DNA of 64,000 bases. It comes from Ignavibacteria bacterium (lineage in GTDB: Bacteria > Bacteroidota > Ignavibacteria > Tepidaquicellales > OLB5). The DNA lies in contig JAIOIK010000036.1 in the NCBI GenBank assembly GCA_019912545.1, positions 5,159 through 69,158 on the forward strand. Reading direction: 5' to 3'. Below the pieces are notes generated by a model. It made no database searches and was not told the DNA's origin. It worked only from the letters and a program-made list of their open reading frames with translations. Position 1 is the stretch's first letter. The number at the start of each line of letters is the position of its first letter. A program made the position numbers and the translations under genes. Below, piece by piece: positions 28,308 to 41,238 of this stretch.

Positions 28308-28963
28308 TGAATATGCCAGAAGAAAAGACTGAAGAAAAGATCGAAGAAAAGCAAGCTGATACTTCACCAGTTCCAGCTGATAAAGAAGAATTAGCAGCTG
28401 AACAAAAGGTACTGCTCCCCTCCAACAATCCCGATATGAAATGGTATGCCGTAAGGACAATTACCGGGCATGAGAAAAGAGTCAAGAATTATGTTGATGG
28501 CGAGATCCTCGAACTGGGACTTGAGAACAAGATAGCCCAGATCTTGATCCCCGAAGAAAAAGTTTTCGAAGTTAAGGGCGGGAAAAAGAAGATCAAGTAC
28601 AAGAATTTTTTCCCGGGTTATGTATTGGTACATGCAATTTTAGATAAAGAGATCATCAATTTTCTTTCCCATGCCCCTTCTGTACTTAAGATGGTTGGAG
28701 ATAAGAATGATGCAATTGCATTGAGAGATGATGAGGTCAAGAGAATTATCGGCAGGATTAACGATTCAGACGAAAAAGAAAAGATTGATATGCAGTTTGA
28801 AAAAGGCGACCTGATCAAGGTTGTTAGCGGACCGTTTGTCAGCTTTAACGGAACCATAAACGAGATAAATCTCGAAAGAATGAAAGTTAAAGTAATGGTC
28901 AGCATTTTCGGCAGAAAAACCCCTATCGAGCTTGATTTTGCACAGATAGAAAAAGAAAAATAA
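28307..28963 (+). CDS. nusG: Transcription termination/antitermination factor NusG (acidic N-terminal extension)
   Basis: KWYAVRTITGHEKRV NGN domain and a C-terminal KOW domain (GDLIKVVSGPFVSFNGTI). Confidence 0.93.
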   Translation: MNMPEEKTEEKIEEKQADTSPVPADKEELAAEQKVLLPSNNPDMKWYAVRTITGHEKRVKNYVDGEILELGLENKIAQILIPEEKVFEVKGGKKKIKYKNFFPGYVLVHAILDKEIINFLSHAPSVLKMVGDKNDAIALRDDEVKRIIGRINDSDEKEKIDMQFEKGDLIKVVSGPFVSFNGTINEINLERMKVKVMVSIFGRKTPIELDFAQIEKEK

Positions 28964-29046
28964 TTCCGTTTTCATAAACAGGAATATTATAACATAAAAT
29001 TATTACGCACTCGCAACATTTAAAAAACACGTTCAAAAATTAAAAC

Positions 29047-29472
29047 ATGGCTAAAAAAGTAGTTGGATTTGTAAAGCTTCAGATTCCTGCCGGTCAGGCA
29101 ACTATGGCTCCGCCAGTTGGCCCTGCTCTAGGTCAGCGTGGTGTTAACGGTATGGAATTCTGCAAGCAGTTTAATGCAAGAACTTCAAAAGATCAGGGAT
29201 TAATAATTCCTGTAGTTATAACCGTGTATTCGGATAAATCATTCACATTCATTACAAAAACCCCTCCTGCTGCAGTTCTGCTTCTTAAGGCTGCAAAGCT
29301 TGAAAAAGGCAGTCCGCAATCTAACAGAAACAAAGTTGGAAAAGTTAACAGCAAACAGGTAGAGGAAATTGCAGCACTGAAAATGAAAGATCTGAATGCA
29401 AGAACTATTGAATCTGCAGTTAAGGTCATTGCTGGAACTGCCAGAAGCATGGGAATAACGGTAGAAGGATAA
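29047..29472 (+). CDS. rplK: 50S ribosomal protein L11
   Basis: [25 protein letters not shown]. Confidence 0.96.
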   Translation: MAKKVVGFVKLQIPAGQATMAPPVGPALGQRGVNGMEFCKQFNARTSKDQGLIIPVVITVYSDKSFTFITKTPPAAVLLLKAAKLEKGSPQSNRNKVGKVNSKQVEEIAALKMKDLNARTIESAVKVIAGTARSMGITVEG

Positions 29473-29476
29473 AAAA

Positions 29477-30172
29477 ATGAAAGTAACCAAAAGAAGAAAA
29501 GAGATAAACAGCAAAGTTGACCTAAAGAAGGAATACTCAATTGCTGAGGCTGTTACCAAATTAAAGGAAACTTCAAAAACAAAATTCAATGAATCTATTG
29601 ATATTGCAATGAAGTTAGGCGTTGACCCAAGGCAGGCAGACCAGCTTGTAAGGGGTACTGTCGCATTGCCGCACGGAACAGGTAAAACTGTAAGAGTGCT
29701 GGTTATTGCAAAACCTGAAAAGCAGGAGGAAGCAAGGAATGCAGGAGCAGACCATGTTGGTTTCGAGGACTACCTGGCTAAGATAAAAGAAGGATGGGCG
29801 GATGTTGATGTAATTATTGCAGCGCCTGATACTATGAGCGAACTTGGCAGACTTGGTAAAGTACTCGGTCCAAAAGGACTCATGCCTAATCCAAAAAGCG
29901 GTACGGTAACAAATGAACTTGCAAAAGCAGTAGCTGAAGTAAAGGCCGGAAGGATCGAATTCAGAGTCGAAAAAGCCGGAATTGTTCATGCTGCAGTAGG
30001 CAAAGTATCTTTTGAACCTCAACAGCTTGAAGACAATATTCACACATTCATAAACCAGGTATTAAAGATGAAGCCGGCAACTGCCAAAGGTGTTTATGTA
30101 AGGAGCGTTACTATTTCCAGCACTATGGGCCCCGGACTACCGATCAGCAAAAGTGAATTAGCACATCATTAA
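29477..30172 (+). CDS. rplA: 50S ribosomal protein L1
   Basis: FNESIDIAMKLGVDPRQADQLVRGTVALPHGTGK. Confidence 0.96.
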   Translation: MKVTKRRKEINSKVDLKKEYSIAEAVTKLKETSKTKFNESIDIAMKLGVDPRQADQLVRGTVALPHGTGKTVRVLVIAKPEKQEEARNAGADHVGFEDYLAKIKEGWADVDVIIAAPDTMSELGRLGKVLGPKGLMPNPKSGTVTNELAKAVAEVKAGRIEFRVEKAGIVHAAVGKVSFEPQQLEDNIHTFINQVLKMKPATAKGVYVRSVTISSTMGPGLPISKSELAHH

Positions 30173-30193
30173 TACTAAAAATTTAAAGAGTAA

Positions 30194-30733
30194 ATGAATA
30201 AGCAGGATAAAGAACAGGCGGTTCTAGAAATAAAAGAAAAACTTGATAATGCAGCCGGAATATATTTGACCGATTTCAGCGGCTTAACAGTTGCCCAGAC
30301 TAATGAACTAAGAGATGAACTCTTTAATGCAAAGGTTGAATACAAAGTATTGAAGAACACTCTTGTTAAAAAAGCTTTGGAACAGTGTAATAATCGTTTC
30401 AGTGCTCAGAACGAAAAAATCAGTGAATTCTTGAAAGGACCAACTGGAATAATATTTGCATCAGATGCAGATCCGGTGACTCCTGCCAAGATCATTAAGA
30501 AGTTCTTTGATAAGGGCGAAAAACCAAAATTAAAATTAGCACTGGTAGAAGATGTCGCTTATGAAAGCAAACAGCTGAATCAGCTGGCATCCCTGCCGAC
30601 CAAGCTCGAGATCATATCTTCAATAGTCGGCAGTTTACACGCGCCGATATCGGGAATTGTTGGCTCGATAAACGCATTGATGAGAGACCTGGCTTCTGTT
30701 GTTGAAGAAGTAGCTAAGAAAAAAGCAAGTTAA
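30194..30733 (+). CDS. rplJ: 50S ribosomal protein L10
   Basis: Position and sequence (GLTVAQTNELRDEL...KVLKNTL). Confidence 0.93.
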   Translation: MNKQDKEQAVLEIKEKLDNAAGIYLTDFSGLTVAQTNELRDELFNAKVEYKVLKNTLVKKALEQCNNRFSAQNEKISEFLKGPTGIIFASDADPVTPAKIIKKFFDKGEKPKLKLALVEDVAYESKQLNQLASLPTKLEIISSIVGSLHAPISGIVGSINALMRDLASVVEEVAKKKAS

Positions 30734-30768
30734 TAAAAAAAATTCAATAAATAAGGAGATACATTAAA

Positions 30769-31146
30769 ATGTCAGTAGTAGAAGAATTAGTAGAAAAAAT
30801 CGGAAATTTAACACTTACCGATGCTGCCGAACTGAAAAAAGCTTTAGAAGACAAATTCGGTGTAAGCGCTGCCGCTCCAATGGTTATGGCCGGCGCAACA
30901 GGCGGAGCTGCTCCAACAGCTGCAGCTGAAGAAAAAACTGAGTTCTCAGTTATTCTGACCGAAGTAGGAGCTTCAAAGATCAATGTGATCAAAGCAGTTA
31001 AAAATGCTACCGGACTTGGCTTAACTGAAGCTAAAGCCTTGGTTGAGAGCGCTCCGAAACCTGTAAAAGAAGGAATTCCTAAAGCAGATGCTGAAAAACT
31101 GAAAGCTGATCTTGAAGCTGCAGGTGCTAAAGTAGAATTAAAGTAA
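30769..31146 (+). CDS. rplL: 50S ribosomal protein L7/L12
   Basis: Ala-rich hinge followed by [24 protein letters not shown]...AGAKVELK. Confidence 0.96.
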   Translation: MSVVEELVEKIGNLTLTDAAELKKALEDKFGVSAAAPMVMAGATGGAAPTAAAEEKTEFSVILTEVGASKINVIKAVKNATGLGLTEAKALVESAPKPVKEGIPKADAEKLKADLEAAGAKVELK

Positions 31147-31234
31147 TTAAACTTAATCTAAAGAATTCTATTCTAATCATAGGTTCTAACTGAAGCCTAT
31201 AAAATCTAAAAATACTTAATTCATAATTATTTTA

Positions 31235-31260
31235 GGCAAGTCGTGTCCTAGCGGCTTGTC
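31235..31260 (+). promoter_or_regulatory. Stem-loop in the rplL-rpoB spacer (candidate attenuator)
   Basis: GGCAAGTCG-tgtcctag-CGGCTTGTC (9 bp including 2 G.U pairs) followed by U/A-rich sequence. An rplL-rpoB attenuator is established in E. coli. Confidence 0.4.
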
Positions 31261-31301
31261 TATTACCTATTTATATTACCCCCGTCGGGAGGTCGAAAAA
31301 A

Positions 31302-34300
31302 ATGCCAATAGACATATCTAAATTCAATTTCAACACTGGACGCATTTATCTTTCAAAATCAGGAAAGCATCTTGATGCGCCGGATCTGCTTAACGTGCAG
31401 TTAATGGCCTTCAAAGAATTTTTGCAGGAAGATGTTGCTCCAAATGAACGTAAAGAGACAGGAATACAGGCTGTATTCAAAAGAAATTTCCCTATTACGG
31501 ATTCAAGGGAAACTGCTCTTCTTGAATTTCTTGAATACTACCTTGAAAAACCACAATACTCAATTCGCGAATGCCAGGAACAGGGTTTAACCTATGCGGT
31601 ATCTCTAAAAGTCAAGCTTAGGCTTTCAACTAAGCCTAACAAAGAAGCAAAAGAATATTCCAATGCTGTTGAGCAGGATGTTTATATGGGTAATATTCCT
31701 TATATGTCTCCATACGGAAGTTTTGTTATCAACGGAGCAGAAAGAGTTATAGTATCACAGCTTCACAGGGCGCCGGGCGTAGTATTCAGCGAATCCGTTC
31801 ATCAAAACGGAACGAAGCTTTATTCAGCCAGGATAATCCCGATGAAAGGCTCATGGGTTGAATTTACGACTGATATCAATAACTGCTTATTCGCATATAT
31901 CGATAGAAGAAAGAAATTCCCTGTTACCACAATACTCAGAGCGCTTGGATATTCTACAAATGAAGAGATACTTGAGCTCTTTGGTTTACTTGAAGTTGTT
32001 GACAGGAAAGACTTAAAGAATTTCATGGGTAAACAGCTTAGTGATGATCTGATAGATAAAGAAACCGGAGAATTAGTTGCTGAAAAAGCTGCTGAAGTTG
32101 ACGAAGAACTTATTGAGAAGATCAATAAATCAACAATCACTAAAGTTAAGCTATTTAAATCAGATAGGCCATATGAAGAATCATTAATAGCCAATACCCT
32201 TAATAAAGATGCAGCACAATCTGAAATAGATGCTTTAGAACAGATCTCCGAGCAGTTAAGGCCTGACCAGGATGATGAATCTGCAAAGAACCTTGTAGAT
32301 AAACTTTTCTTCAATGAAAAGAAATATGATCTTGGTGAAGTAGGCAGGTATAAGTTAAATTACAAGCTTCATCTTGATATTGCGCCGGATAAAACTGTAC
32401 TCACTAAGGAAGATATAATTTCAATTATAAATTACCTTGTTGAGCTTGAAGCTGGCAAAAAAGAGATAGATGATATCGATCATCTTGGCAATAGGCGAGT
32501 TCGCTCGATTGGCGAGCAGCTTGCTGCGCAGTTCAACGTAGGACTTGCAAGAATGTCAAGAACTATCAGAGAGAGAATGAGTATTCATGATGAAGAAAAT
32601 ATCACTCCGGGTAACCTTGTAAGTGCAAGAACAATTACAACAGCGCTTGTTTCGTTTTTTGGTACAAGTCAGCTTTCACAGTATATGGATCAAACTAATC
32701 CACTCAGCGAGATGACACATAAACGCAGAGTGAGCGCGCTTGGACCGGGCGGTTTAACTCGTGAAAGAGCAGGATTTGAAGTAAGAGACGTACATTATAC
32801 TCATTACGGCCGACTCTGCCCTATTGAGACTCCTGAAGGTCCGAACATCGGACTTATCTCATCTCTTTGCACACATGCAAGAATAAGCGACTTTGGGTTT
32901 ATTGAAACTCCATACCGTAAAGTTAAGAATGGGAAAGTCCTTAGTGAAATTGATTATCTTTCTGCTGAAAAAGAGGATGATTTTATTATCGCCCAGGCTA
33001 ACGTTGATATGGATGGAAACAAGATAACTGAAAATAAGATCAAGGCAAGATATAAAGGTGACTTCCCTATTGTTAATCCGGAAGAAGTACATTATATGGA
33101 TATTGCTCCAAACCAGATCGTAAGCGCGGCTGCTGCTTTGATCCCCTTCTTAGAGCATGATGATGCTAACCGTGCGCTGATGGGATCCAATATGCAGCGT
33201 CAAGCAGTTCCTCTCTTAAGGCCTGAAGCTCCGCTTGTTGGAACAGGATTTGAAAAGAAAGTTGCAAATGACTCAAGGACTTTGATACTTGCAGAAGCAG
33301 ACGGCGTTGTTGAACATGTTTCCGCAGATAGAATAGTAGTAAAATACGATATAGACAAAAACTCCGACGAGGCTTTACTAAGTTTTGATGACGGAGAGAT
33401 CAAAGAATACAACCTGATAAAGTTCTTAAGAACTAACCAGGATACATCAATAAATCAGAAGCCTATTGTAGCAGTTGGCCAGCGTGTTAAAAAAGGCCAG
33501 TGCCTTGCTGACGGCGCGGCTACTGACAAGGGTGAGTTAGCCCTGGGAAGAAGTGTTCTTGTTGCATTTATGCCATGGCGCGGCTACAACTTTGAAGATG
33601 CTATTGTAATCAGCGAAAGAATCGTAGCTGAAGATGTTTATACCTCACTGCATATTGAAGAATATAACCTTCAGGTAAGAGACACAAAGCGCGGTGAAGA
33701 AGAACTCACCCGTGATATACCAAATGTAAGTGAAGAAGCTACTAAAGATCTTGACGAAGATGGAATCATTCGAATTGGTGCAGAAGTAAAAGAAAACGAT
33801 ATCCTTATTGGCAAGGTAACACCAAAGGGTGAAACCGAACCAACTCCCGAAGAAAAGCTTTTAAGAGCGATATTCGGAGATAAAGCCGGAGATGTGAAAG
33901 ATGCTTCACTGAAAGCGCCTCCCGGAATGAAAGGTATTGTTATAAGTAAAAAACTATTCACAAGGAAACAAAGAGATACCGAAACCAAGAAAGAAGAGAA
34001 GAAAAAACTTGAAAAGCTTGAACAGGATAGGTACGATAGTATAAATGAGCTCAACAGGAAACTAGCTGATAAACTTGGACATATTTTTGACGGTAAAGAC
34101 TCTCTAGGCATTAGGGATATTGACGGTTCTATTGTAATAAGAGGCGGCACAACGATCAAGAAAGATACATTCCAGAAACATCTGGAAAATCCGAATTTCA
34201 GGATCGATAATCTTGACGTAACAAATGATTGGACAAATTCTAAAAAAGGGCAGACGCTTCTTCAGGCTTTGTATAGAAATTTTAAGACAAGGCTGAGTGA

Positions 34301-35090
34301 TATAGAAGAAAAGACTAAACGCAGCAGAAATAAGATAGTGCTTGGCGATGAATTGCCAACAGGTGTTGTTAAAATGGCTAAGGTTTACATTGCAAAGAAG
34401 AAAAAACTTTCAGTTGGTGATAAAATGGCAGGCCGTCATGGTAACAAAGGTGTTGTAGCTAAAATTGTTCCCAGGCAGGATATGCCTTTCTTACCGGATG
34501 GTACGCCGGTTGATATTGTACTCAATCCGCTTGGAGTACCTTCACGTATGAATCTTGGACAGCTTTACGAAACGGCATTGGGCTGGGCAGCGAAGCTTCT
34601 AGGATGTACGTTTGCAACACCGGTGTTTGACGGCGCTTCATTCGAGGATATTACTGACATTCTCGTTCAAACAGGCTTGCCAAGCAATTCACGAAGTATT
34701 TTACATGACGGACAGTCGGGAGACAGGTTCGACCAGATGGTAACTGTTGGCTACATTTACATGATGAAGCTATCGCATCTATCGGACGACAAGATCCACG
34801 CAAGGTCAATAGGACCATACTCACTTATCACACAGCAGCCACTTGGCGGTAAAGCTCAGTTCGGCGGCCAGAGATTCGGAGAGATGGAAGTTTGGGCGCT
34901 TGAGGGATACGGCGCAGCATATACTTTGCAGGAAATACTTACTGTTAAGAGTGATGATGTTGCAGGCCGTTCCAAGACATACGAAACATTGATTAAGGGC
35001 GAAAACACACCTGAACCACAGGTGCCTGAATCATTTAACGTACTTGTAAAAGAACTCCAGGGCCTATGCCTTGATATTTCATTAGACTAA
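31302..35090 (+). CDS. rpoB: DNA-directed RNA polymerase subunit beta
   Basis: 1262 aa with multiple invariant blocks ([45 protein letters not shown]). Confidence 0.98.
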   Translation: MPIDISKFNFNTGRIYLSKSGKHLDAPDLLNVQLMAFKEFLQEDVAPNERKETGIQAVFKRNFPITDSRETALLEFLEYYLEKPQYSIRECQEQGLTYAVSLKVKLRLSTKPNKEAKEYSNAVEQDVYMGNIPYMSPYGSFVINGAERVIVSQLHRAPGVVFSESVHQNGTKLYSARIIPMKGSWVEFTTDINNCLFAYIDRRKKFPVTTILRALGYSTNEEILELFGLLEVVDRKDLKNFMGKQLSDDLIDKETGELVAEKAAEVDEELIEKINKSTITKVKLFKSDRPYEESLIANTLNKDAAQSEIDALEQISEQLRPDQDDESAKNLVDKLFFNEKKYDLGEVGRYKLNYKLHLDIAPDKTVLTKEDIISIINYLVELEAGKKEIDDIDHLGNRRVRSIGEQLAAQFNVGLARMSRTIRERMSIHDEENITPGNLVSARTITTALVSFFGTSQLSQYMDQTNPLSEMTHKRRVSALGPGGLTRERAGFEVRDVHYTHYGRLCPIETPEGPNIGLISSLCTHARISDFGFIETPYRKVKNGKVLSEIDYLSAEKEDDFIIAQANVDMDGNKITENKIKARYKGDFPIVNPEEVHYMDIAPNQIVSAAAALIPFLEHDDANRALMGSNMQRQAVPLLRPEAPLVGTGFEKKVANDSRTLILAEADGVVEHVSADRIVVKYDIDKNSDEALLSFDDGEIKEYNLIKFLRTNQDTSINQKPIVAVGQRVKKGQCLADGAATDKGELALGRSVLVAFMPWRGYNFEDAIVISERIVAEDVYTSLHIEEYNLQVRDTKRGEEELTRDIPNVSEEATKDLDEDGIIRIGAEVKENDILIGKVTPKGETEPTPEEKLLRAIFGDKAGDVKDASLKAPPGMKGIVISKKLFTRKQRDTETKKEEKKKLEKLEQDRYDSINELNRKLADKLGHIFDGKDSLGIRDIDGSIVIRGGTTIKKDTFQKHLENPNFRIDNLDVTNDWTNSKKGQTLLQALYRNFKTRLSDIEEKTKRSRNKIVLGDELPTGVVKMAKVYIAKKKKLSVGDKMAGRHGNKGVVAKIVPRQDMPFLPDGTPVDIVLNPLGVPSRMNLGQLYETALGWAAKLLGCTFATPVFDGASFEDITDILVQTGLPSNSRSILHDGQSGDRFDQMVTVGYIYMMKLSHLSDDKIHARSIGPYSLITQQPLGGKAQFGGQRFGEMEVWALEGYGAAYTLQEILTVKSDDVAGRSKTYETLIKGENTPEPQVPESFNVLVKELQGLCLDISLD

Positions 35091-35107
35091 TTAAAATCTA
35101 AAATCAT

Positions 35108-38100
35108 ATGTTTTTTAAAAGAGATCAGAAAAAAGTAAAAAAGGTCTTCACAAAGATCGGGATAAATCTTGCATCAACGGATTCCATCATTAGGAATTCA
35201 CACGGCGAGGTACTTAAACCTGAAACTATCAACTACAGAACATTTAAGCCCGATAAAGACGGCTTGTTCTGCGAGAAGATATTCGGGCCGGTTAAGGATT
35301 GGGAATGCCATTGCGGTAAATACAAAGGCATAAGATATCATGGAATAGTATGCGATAGATGCGGTGTAGAAGTAAATCTTAAGAGCTTGAGGCGCGAAAG
35401 AATGGGACATATTTCATTAAGTGTTCCGGTTGTACATATATGGTATTTCCGTTCAACTCCAAGTAAGATCAGTTACCTGCTTGGATTGACGAATAAAGAG
35501 CTTGAAAGGATCATATATTACGAAAATTATGTAATAGTAAATCCGGGCCCAACAGAGTATTCAAAAAATGATCTGTTGACTGAAGATGAGTACCTCAATG
35601 CGCTTAACAATCTGCCGGAAGAACAGGAAGAGCTTGATGATTTTGATCCGAATAAATTTGTTTGCAAAAATGGCGCAGAAGCAGTTAAGGAACTGCTGAG
35701 GAGAGTTGATGTTGACGGAGAAGTTACAAGACTCAGAATACTTCTTTACGAAGAAACTTCGATACAGAAGAAACAGGACCTGATAAAAAGATTAAGGGTA
35801 TTAAAATCCTTCCAGAAAAAAGAAGGAAGGAGACAGAATAAACCTGAGTGGATGATACTGGATGTTGTTCCGGTTATTCCGCCTGAACTCAGGCCTTTGG
35901 TTCCACTTGAAGGAGGAAGATTTGCAACTAGTGATCTTAATGATCTCTATAGAAGGGTTATCATTAGAAATAACCGCTTAAAGAGATTGATTGATATTAA
36001 GGCTCCAGAAGTAATATTGCGTAACGAAAAACGCATGCTTCAGGAAGCTGTTGATGCTCTACTTGATAACTCAAGGCGTGCAACTGCGGTTAAATCAGAA
36101 AACAGACCGCTTAAGTCGCTTTCAGATATACTTAAAGGTAAACAGGGTCGTTTCAGACAGAACCTGCTAGGAAAACGTGTTGATTACTCAGGCCGTGCTG
36201 TTATTGTTGTTGGACCTGAATTGAAATTACATGAGTGCGGTTTACCAAAAGATATGGCCTTAGAGTTGTTTAAGCCTTTTGTAATTAGAAGGCTTATTGA
36301 TAGAGACCTTGTAAAAACAGTAAAGAGTGCAAAGAAGCTGATTGAAAGAAGAACACCTGAAGTTTGGGAAGTACTTGAAAATGTAATAGACGGGCATCCG
36401 ATCATGCTTAACCGTGCCCCCACCCTTCACAGACTTAGCATTCAGGCTTTCCAGCCTATTATTGTTGAAGGTAAAGCTATCCGCCTGCACCCGCTTGTTT
36501 GCCAGGCATTCAATGCGGATTTTGATGGTGATCAGATGGCAGTTCATGTGCCGCTCTCACCGGAAGCACAGCTTGAAGTAAGGGTACTAATGCTATCAAG
36601 CCACAACCTTATGTCACCCCAAAATGGTGAGCCAATTACTGTACCTAATCAGGAAATCGTATTAGGCTGCTATTATTTGACCAAATTTAAAAAAGGTGAT
36701 TTGGGCGAAGATAAGTTGTTTTCAAGTCCTGAAGAAGTTGTAGTTGCGCATAACAACGGCAAAGTTGGCTTGCATGCAAAGATAAAGGTCAGGATCAAAG
36801 GACAAATGATCGAGACAACTGTTGGAAGAGTTCTGTTTAATAATATCGTTCCAGAAGGAGCGGCATTTATTAACGAGCTTCTTACCAAAAAAGGAATTAT
36901 CAAAAATATTGCCAAGGTATTTAAGAGCGTTGGAAACAAAAAGACGGTTGAATTCCTGGATGCATTAAAAGAAACCGGGTTCCGTTTTGCTATGAAAGGC
37001 GGACTCTCTGTAAATCTTGATGATATTGTTATTCCTGAAAGTAAAGACAGGATAATTGAGGCAGCTCAGAAGAAAGTTGATGCTATTGAAAGATCAAGAA
37101 TGAGAGGCTTGATTACTGAAGGCGAAAGATATAATAAAGTTATTGATATATGGACGCATGCTACTAATGATGTGAAAAGCGATCTGATGAGTACACTAAG
37201 GACCTCAAGAGAAGGATTTAACTCACTGCATATGATGATAGACTCAGGTGCAAGAGGTTCCCAGGACCAGGTAAGCCAGCTTGCCGGTATGAGAGGACTT
37301 ATGGCTAAACCCCAGAAAAGTATGACAGGACAGGCTGGAGAAATTATAGAGAACCCGATCATTGCAAACTTCAAAGAAGGTCTTTCAATCCTTGAGTACT
37401 TTATATCTACTCATGGTGCGAGAAAGGGTCTTGCAGATACAGCTTTAAAAACTGCTGATGCCGGTTACCTGACAAGAAAGCTTGTAGATGTATCTCAGGA
37501 TGTAATAATTTCAGAGAATGATTGCGGTACAATCCGCGGACTTACCGTTGAGGCGTTGAAAGATGGCGAGGATATTAAGGAACCGCTGGCAGAGAGGATA
37601 CTTGGACGTGCAGCACTTTCAAACATAGTTGATCCGCTCACAAGAAAAACACTTGTCAAAGCAGGGGAAATCATTGACGAAGATCTTGCTCAGGCAGTTT
37701 CCGAAACTTCGATTCAGTCCGTTGAGATACGCTCGGTTTTAATGTGCGAATCCAGAAAGGGTATTTGCGCAAAATGTTACGGCAGAAACCTGACTACAGG
37801 CAAGCTTGTTGATGTTGGCGAAGCAGTTGGTGTTGTTGCAGCGCAATCAATTGGCGAACCGGGAACACAGCTTACTCTGCGTACTTTCCATATTGGCGGT
37901 ACAGCAAGCAGGATTGTGACTCAATCAAGGATACCAACTAAATTTGCAGGTAAGGTTAAATTCGATAGCATTAAAGCAATAAAATATACCAATCCCGCAT
38001 CGACCGAAGGTGAATTCCACGTTACACATAGCCGTAATGGTATATTACAGATCCTTGATGAAAATAACCGCCTTGTATCAAAATATGACGTTCCTTACGG

Positions 38101-39385
38101 AGCACATTTAATGGTAAATGATGGTCAAATGGTTGATAAGAACCATGTACTATATGAATGGGATCCATACAACTCAGTGATTGTTGCTGAACATACAGGA
38201 ACTATAAGATACCTTGACCTTAAAGAGAATGTAAGTTATGCTGAAGCTCCCGATGAAACAACAGGACATATACAGAAGGTTGTTACAGAATCTAAAGATA
38301 AGACACTCTCCCCTACTATTCAAATTGTTGATTCAAAGGGCGACCTAATGAGTCAGTATATCATCCCGGCACACGCACATTTGCTTGTAAATGATGGTGA
38401 GCCTACATTTGCCGGACAGATACTTGTTAAGATCCCCAGAGATACCGGTAAAACCAGGGATATAACAGGCGGTCTGCCAAGGGTAACAGAGCTCTTCGAA
38501 GCAAGAAGCCCCAACTCTCCATCAGTTGTAACTGAAATTGACGGTATAGTTGAGATTGGTTCGCTTAAGAGAGGTTCACGTGAGGTTAAAGTTAAGACAA
38601 CTGATCTTTCGATCGAGAAAAAATATATGATTCCGGTTGGCAAGCATATACTTGTAAGAGACGGTGATTATGTTAAAGCAGGCGAAGCGCTCTCAAGCGG
38701 CTCGGTTGACCCGCATGATATTCTCAGAATTAAAGGCGTTGCAGATGTACAGGCATACCTTGTTAATGAGATACAGGAAGTTTACAGAATGCAGGGTGTG
38801 AAGATCAACGATAAGCATATTGAAGTTATAGTAAGACAGATGCTTCAGAAGGCAAGAGTAATCGATTCAGGTGATACCATGTTCCTTGAAGGAGATGTTG
38901 TCCACAGATTTAAATTCCTTGTGGAAAACGAAACATTAAGGAACAAGATCATGGTAATGGATAAGGGCGATTCCAATAAAGTGAAGATGTATGATATGCT
39001 GGATAAGAAGAAAGTTAAGGAGCTTAATGCTGAATTAAAGAAAAAAGGCAAAGCACTGATCGAATTCAGAGATGCTAATCCGGCTATTGCAAATCCGGTG
39101 TTGCTGGGTATTACTCAGACTTCATTAACAACAGACAGCTTTATTTCTGCCGCATCATTCCAGGAAACTACGAAGGTGCTAACTGATGCAGCTATTGAAG
39201 GCAAGGTTGATACACTCCAGGGACTGAAAGAAAATGTTATAGTTGGACAGCTTATCCCCGCCGGTACAGGCCTGAAGGCTTACAAGAATCTTATTGTTGT
39301 AAGGAAAGATGAAGCAGTACCAGAAGAAAAACCAAAGAAAGCAAAGAAAAAGAAAAAAGTAAAAGAAACTGCTGATGCCGAGTAA
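35108..39385 (+). CDS. rpoC: DNA-directed RNA polymerase subunit beta'
   Basis: 1425 aa with the Zn-binding [14 protein letters not shown] and catalytic [12 protein letters not shown] motifs. Confidence 0.98.
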   Translation: MFFKRDQKKVKKVFTKIGINLASTDSIIRNSHGEVLKPETINYRTFKPDKDGLFCEKIFGPVKDWECHCGKYKGIRYHGIVCDRCGVEVNLKSLRRERMGHISLSVPVVHIWYFRSTPSKISYLLGLTNKELERIIYYENYVIVNPGPTEYSKNDLLTEDEYLNALNNLPEEQEELDDFDPNKFVCKNGAEAVKELLRRVDVDGEVTRLRILLYEETSIQKKQDLIKRLRVLKSFQKKEGRRQNKPEWMILDVVPVIPPELRPLVPLEGGRFATSDLNDLYRRVIIRNNRLKRLIDIKAPEVILRNEKRMLQEAVDALLDNSRRATAVKSENRPLKSLSDILKGKQGRFRQNLLGKRVDYSGRAVIVVGPELKLHECGLPKDMALELFKPFVIRRLIDRDLVKTVKSAKKLIERRTPEVWEVLENVIDGHPIMLNRAPTLHRLSIQAFQPIIVEGKAIRLHPLVCQAFNADFDGDQMAVHVPLSPEAQLEVRVLMLSSHNLMSPQNGEPITVPNQEIVLGCYYLTKFKKGDLGEDKLFSSPEEVVVAHNNGKVGLHAKIKVRIKGQMIETTVGRVLFNNIVPEGAAFINELLTKKGIIKNIAKVFKSVGNKKTVEFLDALKETGFRFAMKGGLSVNLDDIVIPESKDRIIEAAQKKVDAIERSRMRGLITEGERYNKVIDIWTHATNDVKSDLMSTLRTSREGFNSLHMMIDSGARGSQDQVSQLAGMRGLMAKPQKSMTGQAGEIIENPIIANFKEGLSILEYFISTHGARKGLADTALKTADAGYLTRKLVDVSQDVIISENDCGTIRGLTVEALKDGEDIKEPLAERILGRAALSNIVDPLTRKTLVKAGEIIDEDLAQAVSETSIQSVEIRSVLMCESRKGICAKCYGRNLTTGKLVDVGEAVGVVAAQSIGEPGTQLTLRTFHIGGTASRIVTQSRIPTKFAGKVKFDSIKAIKYTNPASTEGEFHVTHSRNGILQILDENNRLVSKYDVPYGAHLMVNDGQMVDKNHVLYEWDPYNSVIVAEHTGTIRYLDLKENVSYAEAPDETTGHIQKVVTESKDKTLSPTIQIVDSKGDLMSQYIIPAHAHLLVNDGEPTFAGQILVKIPRDTGKTRDITGGLPRVTELFEARSPNSPSVVTEIDGIVEIGSLKRGSREVKVKTTDLSIEKKYMIPVGKHILVRDGDYVKAGEALSSGSVDPHDILRIKGVADVQAYLVNEIQEVYRMQGVKINDKHIEVIVRQMLQKARVIDSGDTMFLEGDVVHRFKFLVENETLRNKIMVMDKGDSNKVKMYDMLDKKKVKELNAELKKKGKALIEFRDANPAIANPVLLGITQTSLTTDSFISAASFQETTKVLTDAAIEGKVDTLQGLKENVIVGQLIPAGTGLKAYKNLIVVRKDEAVPEEKPKKAKKKKKVKETADAE

Positions 39386-39420
39386 TTAGCATTCGGGTTT
39401 TATTTTTTTAATTATATTAA

Positions 39421-39449
39421 CCCCGGCATTAATTGGCCGGGGTTTTTTT
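39421..39449 (+). terminator. Rho-independent terminator after rpoC, abutting the folC ATG
   Basis: CCCCGGC-attaattg-GCCGGGG followed by T7. Confidence 0.85.
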
Positions 39450-40742
39450 ATGAAAAACATAAAAGAATATTTCGATTATCTCTACTCCCTTGAGCGGAGC
39501 GGTATGAAATATGACCTGACCAATATCAGAACTATTCTGAAGCATATTGGTAATCCGCACTTGAAGTTCAGATCAATTCACATTGCCGGCACCAACGGTA
39601 AGGGTGCCACTGCATCATTGATTGCGTCAATCCTAATGGAAACTGGGCTCAAAACCGGGCTCTTCACCTCTCCACACATTTTACAGTTTAATGAAAGGAT
39701 AAGGGTTAATTCAAAGAAGATAAGTGATAAGTATATTAAAGAATTTATAATTGATAACATACGCTTAATAAATAAGATAAAACCCTCATTTTTTGAAGTG
39801 AACACTGCAATTGCATTTAAATATTTTGCTGATAAAAAAGTTGATGCAGCGGTTATTGAGTGCGGCCTTGGCGGAAGACTTGATTCCACAAATATTCTAA
39901 AGCCTGATGTTTCTGTGATTACTCAAATTGGAATGGATCACATGAAATATTTAGGAAATTCGTTAAAGCAAATTGCTTATGAGAAACTTGGGATTGTAAA
40001 ACCGAAAACTCCAGTGATAGTGAGCGATAGTAACCTATCTCTTAAGGCAGCATTTAAGAAGACTATTAGTAAGGATCTCTTATACTATTTGGACGACATT
40101 GTGTCTTACTCAAATACAAGCATCGGGCAATTAAGTGAGCAAATAAAACTACAATTTAAGAATGGTCTTAAGATCGCCTCTAAATCTCCTCTTTCAGGAC
40201 ATTTTCAAGCCAGGAATATAGCTGCATCTATTATTGCTGCAAAGACATTTTGCGAAATGAATAAATTACGATTAACAAAACGCTTCATTCTTTCCGGGAT
40301 AAAGAATGTAAAGAGAAATTCAGGCTATATGGCCAGACTTGAGGTAATAAAGCATTCCGGAAGAAACTATATTTTTGATATTTCTCACAATCCGGACGGC
40401 ATTAAAACTTCGATAAATTCAATTGGTAAGACAATTGATGTAATTGTTTTTGGTATGATGTCCGATAAGGATTACGGGAAAAGTGTGAATGAAGTTTTAA
40501 AACACTCAAAACAAATCATTTTTACAAAGCCAGCATATGCCAGAGCACTTGAGCCGGAAGAATTGTACAGATCAGGTATTAAATCTGGTTTTAAAGGTCA
40601 AATGTTGGTAACTCATAGCGTAAAAGAAGCGGTGAAATTGGAAGAACACATGAAGCCGCATTCGGTTCTCTTTATCGGTTCTTTTTTTCTTGTCTCAGAC
40701 GCAATAAAGGCTCTTAAATTTCAGAATTATTTCAAACATTAG
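39450..40742 (+). CDS. folC: Bifunctional folylpolyglutamate synthase/dihydrofolate synthase
   Basis: HIAGTNGKGAT P-loop and ECGLGGRLDSTN (Mur ligase family, FolC type). Confidence 0.9.
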   Translation: MKNIKEYFDYLYSLERSGMKYDLTNIRTILKHIGNPHLKFRSIHIAGTNGKGATASLIASILMETGLKTGLFTSPHILQFNERIRVNSKKISDKYIKEFIIDNIRLINKIKPSFFEVNTAIAFKYFADKKVDAAVIECGLGGRLDSTNILKPDVSVITQIGMDHMKYLGNSLKQIAYEKLGIVKPKTPVIVSDSNLSLKAAFKKTISKDLLYYLDDIVSYSNTSIGQLSEQIKLQFKNGLKIASKSPLSGHFQARNIAASIIAAKTFCEMNKLRLTKRFILSGIKNVKRNSGYMARLEVIKHSGRNYIFDISHNPDGIKTSINSIGKTIDVIVFGMMSDKDYGKSVNEVLKHSKQIIFTKPAYARALEPEELYRSGIKSGFKGQMLVTHSVKEAVKLEEHMKPHSVLFIGSFFLVSDAIKALKFQNYFKH

Positions 40743-41215
40743 TCCTTAAACGGCTGTTCCTTTTTATTATCTTTCTGATATTGTTTCAGCAATTTCTTTA
40801 TCTCATTATTAAACTTCCTCTCAAACACAATCATTTTGGCAATTTGCTTCGCACTTAGAATTGACTTCATATCCACAACAAATTCTTCCCTTTTCGAGTT
40901 GATCTGTTCTTCAAGTTCAAGAAGCTGGTTCACAAGCGTATCCAAACCGTTTCCGCTTTCGATATTCTCAGTCATCAGCTTATAAGTTTTTGCTCGCCTT
41001 TGGTTGAGTTGACGCATTGATTTGCTGAATGATTTGTACTTTTCGATGAATCCGGTTTTAGTGGATTCGTCAAGATCCAGTTTTTTGGTAAGTTTTTCCA
41101 GTTTAATATCTTCGATCTTTTCCCTGAAATCATCCTGGGCAAAAATTCTATTACCCGATATACATACAAATAGTACAAATGCAGTAATCAGGATTATCTT
41201 GTATTTATTACTCAT
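40739..41215 (-). CDS. Secreted coiled-coil protein, last gene of the ECF sigma operon
   Basis: Signal peptide MSNKYKIILITAFVLFVCISG and K/E-rich helices. Confidence 0.6.
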   Translation of the reverse strand: MSNKYKIILITAFVLFVCISGNRIFAQDDFREKIEDIKLEKLTKKLDLDESTKTGFIEKYKSFSKSMRQLNQRRAKTYKLMTENIESGNGLDTLVNQLLELEEQINSKREEFVVDMKSILSAKQIAKMIVFERKFNNEIKKLLKQYQKDNKKEQPFKD

Positions 41216-41238
41216 ATAAATAGTCAGTAAATGTTTTA

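Noticed and set aside
31820-39051. Numerous 68-164-aa antisense ORFs inside rpoB and rpoC
   Set aside because: These Ser/Leu/Phe-rich shadow frames sit opposite highly conserved genes, with no independent support.
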